Positions 60,339 through 64,000 of a stretch of 64,000 nt of DNA are shown one piece after another. A program made the translations under genes and the position numbers. Below the pieces are notes generated by a model that made no database searches, was not told where the DNA came from, and saw only the letters and a list, made by a program, of their open reading frames with translations. The DNA is from an uncultured archaeon (GTDB lineage: Archaea; Asgardarchaeota; Lokiarchaeia; Sigyniarchaeales; SOKP01), in the NCBI GenBank assembly GCA_964583985.1, contig CAZOYD010000002.1, forward strand, positions 94,267 to 158,266, in the 5' to 3' direction. Within the stretch, counting starts at the first letter, position 1; each line of letters starts with the position of its first letter.

Positions 60339-62114
60339 TCATTCTTCCCGGTCATCTTCCTCTTGAATTTCAAGAACCAGCTCTTGTCTTTTTATTTCAC
60401 GTGCACGTAAAATATCGCGTTTGGTGATAATTCCTAATAGTTTATTAGGATTTATAGGATCTATGACAGGTAGTCTTCCATAACCGTAATTTTCAATCTT
60501 ATCTAATACATCAAAAGCAGCATCGTCCGGAAATACGGTGATGACATCCTTCGTCATGCAACTTTCGATTGAGGTGGATTCCATTTTCTCGGGTGTTACT
60601 TTAAACAAATCTCTATAGACTATTATGCCGATGAATTGCCCATTATCGACGACAGGAAATCCAGATCTGCCTGAACTATTTATGAGTTCAAATAGATCCT
60701 TGATGGTTTGTTTTGGACTCACGGTGATGAAATTCGCATTCATTATTTCTCGAGCTTTTAAATTTTCGAGAATATCCTTGATATATTTGCCCCTGTGGAT
60801 GGGGGAATAACTTTGAGACAGAACTTGGCTTTCGTAAATCGTCCATTTTTGGCTGAAGATGTATGCAACGGTACAAGCGAGCATTGCTTGAACAAGGAGG
60901 GAATACGTATCGGTCATTTCAGAGACCATGATTATGGACGCAATGGGGACATTGGCGACAGCCGTGATAAAAGCGGCCATTCCTACAACAGCAAAGGGAG
61001 CCACTGTAATATTGAATAATGGAAATATCAATTTGAGTAGCAGTGCTAAAAAAGCCCCAATTGTTGATCCAATTACGAGAGAAGGAGCAAAAACACCACC
61101 ACTCCCACCAGATCCGATGGTAAATGAGGTCGCAACAATTTTAGTAAAGATAAGAACGAGTAAGAGGAGTAAAGTGAATCTCGATTCAATTGCTAATTGG
61201 ATAATCCCATAGCCCGGACCAAGGATATCAGGAACGATCAATGCTATCATTCCCACAATGCCACATCCAATCGCGGGTTTTAACATTCTGGGGATTTTTA
61301 ACTTATTAAAAGCTTTATCTTTGATAAGATAAAAAAATTTTATAAAGATTATCGCAAAGCCTGCACACATAAGACCGAGGATGATAAAAAAGGGAAGGTT
61401 TTGGATATGTAAACTGAATTCGGGAGTGACGAACATTGGATTGAATCCAAAAAATAATCCGAATGTTGAATATGCCACGATGGAAGATATAAAGGAGGGT
61501 AATAGGGCCTTCACTTCAAGATCGCGTCTATATAAAACTTCAATTGCAAAAATTGCCCCTCCTAATGGTGCTTTAAATATTGCACCAATTCCTCCCGCAG
61601 CACCGCAAATAATCGCTGTTCTTCGATCGTTGGTGCTTAGATTGATCCTTTTTATGAACCATGATCCAAATCCCGCACCAATTTGTGCAATTGGTCCTTC
61701 TCTTCCAGCGCTTCCCCCAGATCCAATGACAAGCGAGGATGCGATTGTTTTTATTAGTGGTACGCGTTCTCGAACTTCACCATTTTTATAATGAAATGCT
61801 GAGATGTATGCATCCGTTCCATGCCCTTCGGCTTCTGGAGCAAATTTGTAGACGATAAATCCCGAAAGTAACCCTCCAAAAATTAAAACGAGTGGAATGC
61901 GCCAAGACACCATGCTTGATGTCGTAAACGAAAAAAAAGAGATCTCTCCACCTGAGGATGGAAGAGTAAACCCACCAAGGTACCCTAATAAAAATGCGGT
62001 GCTTAATTGTATTAAAAGATATAATAATACTGCCCCAAGACCAGATATGATCCCTATTATCGTCCCTAGAATGGACCATCTTGAAAAATATTTTAATTCT
62101 TTTAAGGGTTTCAT
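60339..62114 (-). CDS. ClC chloride channel/H+ antiporter with CBS pair
   Basis: GHG, GGSAGREGP, GGSGGVFAP, two C-terminal CBS domains. Confidence 0.92.
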   Translation of the reverse strand: MKPLKELKYFSRWSILGTIIGIISGLGAVLLYLLIQLSTAFLLGYLGGFTLPSSGGEISFFSFTTSSMVSWRIPLVLIFGGLLSGFIVYKFAPEAEGHGTDAYISAFHYKNGEVRERVPLIKTIASSLVIGSGGSAGREGPIAQIGAGFGSWFIKRINLSTNDRRTAIICGAAGGIGAIFKAPLGGAIFAIEVLYRRDLEVKALLPSFISSIVAYSTFGLFFGFNPMFVTPEFSLHIQNLPFFIILGLMCAGFAIIFIKFFYLIKDKAFNKLKIPRMLKPAIGCGIVGMIALIVPDILGPGYGIIQLAIESRFTLLLLLVLIFTKIVATSFTIGSGGSGGVFAPSLVIGSTIGAFLALLLKLIFPLFNITVAPFAVVGMAAFITAVANVPIASIIMVSEMTDTYSLLVQAMLACTVAYIFSQKWTIYESQVLSQSYSPIHRGKYIKDILENLKAREIMNANFITVSPKQTIKDLFELINSSGRSGFPVVDNGQFIGIIVYRDLFKVTPEKMESTSIESCMTKDVITVFPDDAAFDVLDKIENYGYGRLPVIDPINPNKLLGIITKRDILRAREIKRQELVLEIQEEDDREE

Positions 62115-62215
62115 GAATTCAGTTCTTTTGACAAGTTTAATTTTTCTAAAATATTATTTTAAAGTAAAATCATGTATAAATAATTAATTTATGGGTTCTA
62201 CCGAAGAACTAATAG

Positions 62216-62794
62216 TTAATGATTAGTTTTTAATTTCTTCATTCTTGCGACGATATTCCACTCCTTAATTAATTTTTCAGTACTCGGTGGAACGTGTTGT
62301 TCCCAAAGCTGATCATGAATCATGGCTTCTCGAATGTCATATCCGCTTAATCCTTTTTTTTCTAGCGGTACATCCCATAGCACATGCACTTTAAGCCCTA
62401 AAGATTCGAGAATGCTTTTCTTTCGCCTGCCCCACTCATCATAAATGCTTAAGAAAAAAACAGCATTCATTGGCACGTAAAATTTAATAAGCTCTGGAAA
62501 GTTTATTGGAAATGGAACGATGGAAAATTCGCTCAGAGTCAATCCTTTTTCAAGCAATGCATCTCTAATCATAACATAACGTTCATAATAGGTAAGGGGA
62601 TTTGAACTCGTCATATTCCGATGCGGATTTGTTTCAGTATACTTTGCTAATGTTGGATCTGGATTAGTGATACCAACAATGAGATGAGAGCATAATTCCT
62701 TGCCTGCCATGAGATATTTCATATGATCATCATGAAGGATTTGAAAGCGCCCATGAATGACTCCAATATTAAAGGGTTTATCTTTAATTGTCAT
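62216..62794 (-). CDS. nucleotidyltransferase (NMN/NaMN adenylyltransferase-like)
   Basis: HGRFQILHDDH (HxGH-like), VGITNPD, NPLTYYER, S...IR.......W...VP. Confidence 0.82.
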   Translation of the reverse strand: MTIKDKPFNIGVIHGRFQILHDDHMKYLMAGKELCSHLIVGITNPDPTLAKYTETNPHRNMTSSNPLTYYERYVMIRDALLEKGLTLSEFSIVPFPINFPELIKFYVPMNAVFFLSIYDEWGRRKKSILESLGLKVHVLWDVPLEKKGLSGYDIREAMIHDQLWEQHVPPSTEKLIKEWNIVARMKKLKTNH

Positions 62795-62980
62795 AATCTT
62801 TCATTGGGAATGATATTTGCATATGATTCGAATAATTCAAAAAAGATTAATAATTTTATTATGCACTTCAAATTTCAGGGCAAACTTGCATGATATTATA
62901 ATTTAATAAATGCCTTTTTACATGATTTTAAGTCATATTACGCAATTTTTGCAGGATTTTGACAAAAAGCTTATGGTGTA

Positions 62981-64000
62981 TTATTTCGCTGGAATTAATA
63001 TTATAAAATTGCATCCTTGGGTATAATCATTTGGAACTCTGTCTTCAACCCAAATTTGTCCGTTATAGCTATCAATAATCCTCTTTACTAGTGTCAAACC
63101 AATCCCCATTCCTTTAGTATATTTATCTCTATCATGTCCTTCTTGAAAGATCTTCTCTTTTCTAGAATCCATGATCCCCATACCATTATCACTAAATTCT
63201 AATTTTACATAATTATTGTTATTTTTTTTAATTTTGGATATTTTAATGGAGATTTTCAAAATGGGTTTATCATTATATTTTATTGCATTATTCAATATAT
63301 TTTCAAAAACATTGTGCAGTAGATCGTTTGCAGACACAATAAATTGATTAGAGCTGGCATCCACATTTATTTCATTGGCATTTTCTTTGTAACTTTCTTT
63401 GAAGTAGTTAATGCTTTTTGTTAATGACGTGTATACATCAATGGATTCAAATAATGGTTCCTTGCCATCTATTTCTGAGATTATTTGGATATTTTTAATT
63501 AATAAATTTGCTCTTGTAACTTGTTCTTTGATTCTATTTTGGATAACTTTTACGTCTTCTATTTTTTCTGGATCTTCTAAAAGAAAAGAACATAATTGGG
63601 AAGATCCACTAATAACAAGAAGAATATTCGAGAAATCGTGAGTAACTAACTTTTTATAAAAATCAGCTTGATCGTATGCGATTCTATATTTTTTTTCTGA
63701 TTCAATTAACTTTTGTTTGATATTTTTACTTTCTGTTATATCTCGAATTATACTTCCTAATAATAATCCTTTTCTTGTTCTGATTGGGAAATTTAACTGT
63801 TGTAAATATCTCTGAGAGCCATCAGAGCTTTGAGTGGTAATTTCTTGGAATCTATTAAGCCATGGAGCTTTCCCTGTTTTAAAAAAAGGTTCTATTGTGG
63901 ACCTTAGAGTATTATATTTCGTATCAGTTTTATCTTCCTCTGGTATAGTCAAGTAAAAAGCGTCCCAAACAGGACATCCTATCATATCTGATTTTTTAAC
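62981..64000 (-). CDS. PAS-domain sensor histidine kinase, 5' end beyond the window
   Basis: PAC ...IRDITE, H-box THDFSN, N-box ENILNNAIKY, DNGMG, GMGIGL; frame stays open to the window edge. Confidence 0.88.
   Translation of the reverse strand, partial: VKKSDMIGCPVWDAFYLTIPEEDKTDTKYNTLRSTIEPFFKTGKAPWLNRFQEITTQSSDGSQRYLQQLNFPIRTRKGLLLGSIIRDITESKNIKQKLIESEKKYRIAYDQADFYKKLVTHDFSNILLVISGSSQLCSFLLEDPEKIEDVKVIQNRIKEQVTRANLLIKNIQIISEIDGKEPLFESIDVYTSLTKSINYFKESYKENANEINVDASSNQFIVSANDLLHNVFENILNNAIKYNDKPILKISIKISKIKKNNNNYVKLEFSDNGMGIMDSRKEKIFQEGHDRDKYTKGMGIGLTLVKRIIDSYNGQIWVEDRVPNDYTQGCNFIILIPAK

Noticed and set aside
1162-63641. Short ORF-track entries antisense to or nested in long genes (e.g. 2826-3188, 25339-25719, 32864-33301, 61381-61791)
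   Set aside because: Shadow ORFs overlapping well-supported genes, with no recognisable motifs.
1-64000. CRISPR arrays, rRNA/tRNA genes, transposases, integrases
   Set aside because: No repeat-spacer array, cloverleaf, rRNA-like segment or transposase/integrase motif was seen by eye. A tRNAscan/Infernal run would confirm.

Overview
An AT-rich archaeal window that looks like an Asgard (Lokiarchaeia-like) chromosome. The assignment is inferred from an archaeal GlyRS, Alba, CdhB/CdhC, many TPR/LRR/SCP2/7TM proteins and a large beta-oxidation gene set. Most of 14-56 kb encodes lipid/acyl-CoA catabolism: 4 Cys-less thiolase-family genes with DUF35/OB-fold partners, enoyl-CoA hydratases, acyl-CoA ligases, FadH, FixC/X, SCP2 and GlpD. 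Main finding: two thiolase genes that the ORF track splits are interrupted by three 30-35 nt inserts (29912-29941 on +; 43815-43849 and 43768-43798 on -). Each folds into an archaeal bulge-helix-bulge/loop splicing motif with its exon flanks. Removing them at the canonical bulge cut positions restores full-length proteins (388 aa and 417 aa) and motifs conserved in the paralogs in this window. One gene has a 16-nt micro-exon. These are candidate tRNA-endonuclease-spliced mRNA introns in Asgard metabolic genes. Also notable: an LRR-TIR protein divergent from an orphan N6-adenine MTase-TRD fusion, an Ltp4/Ltp3/DUF35-like aldolase operon, a partial CODH/ACS cluster, a PMA1-type H+ ATPase and an unannotated enoyl-CoA hydratase pseudogene remnant.
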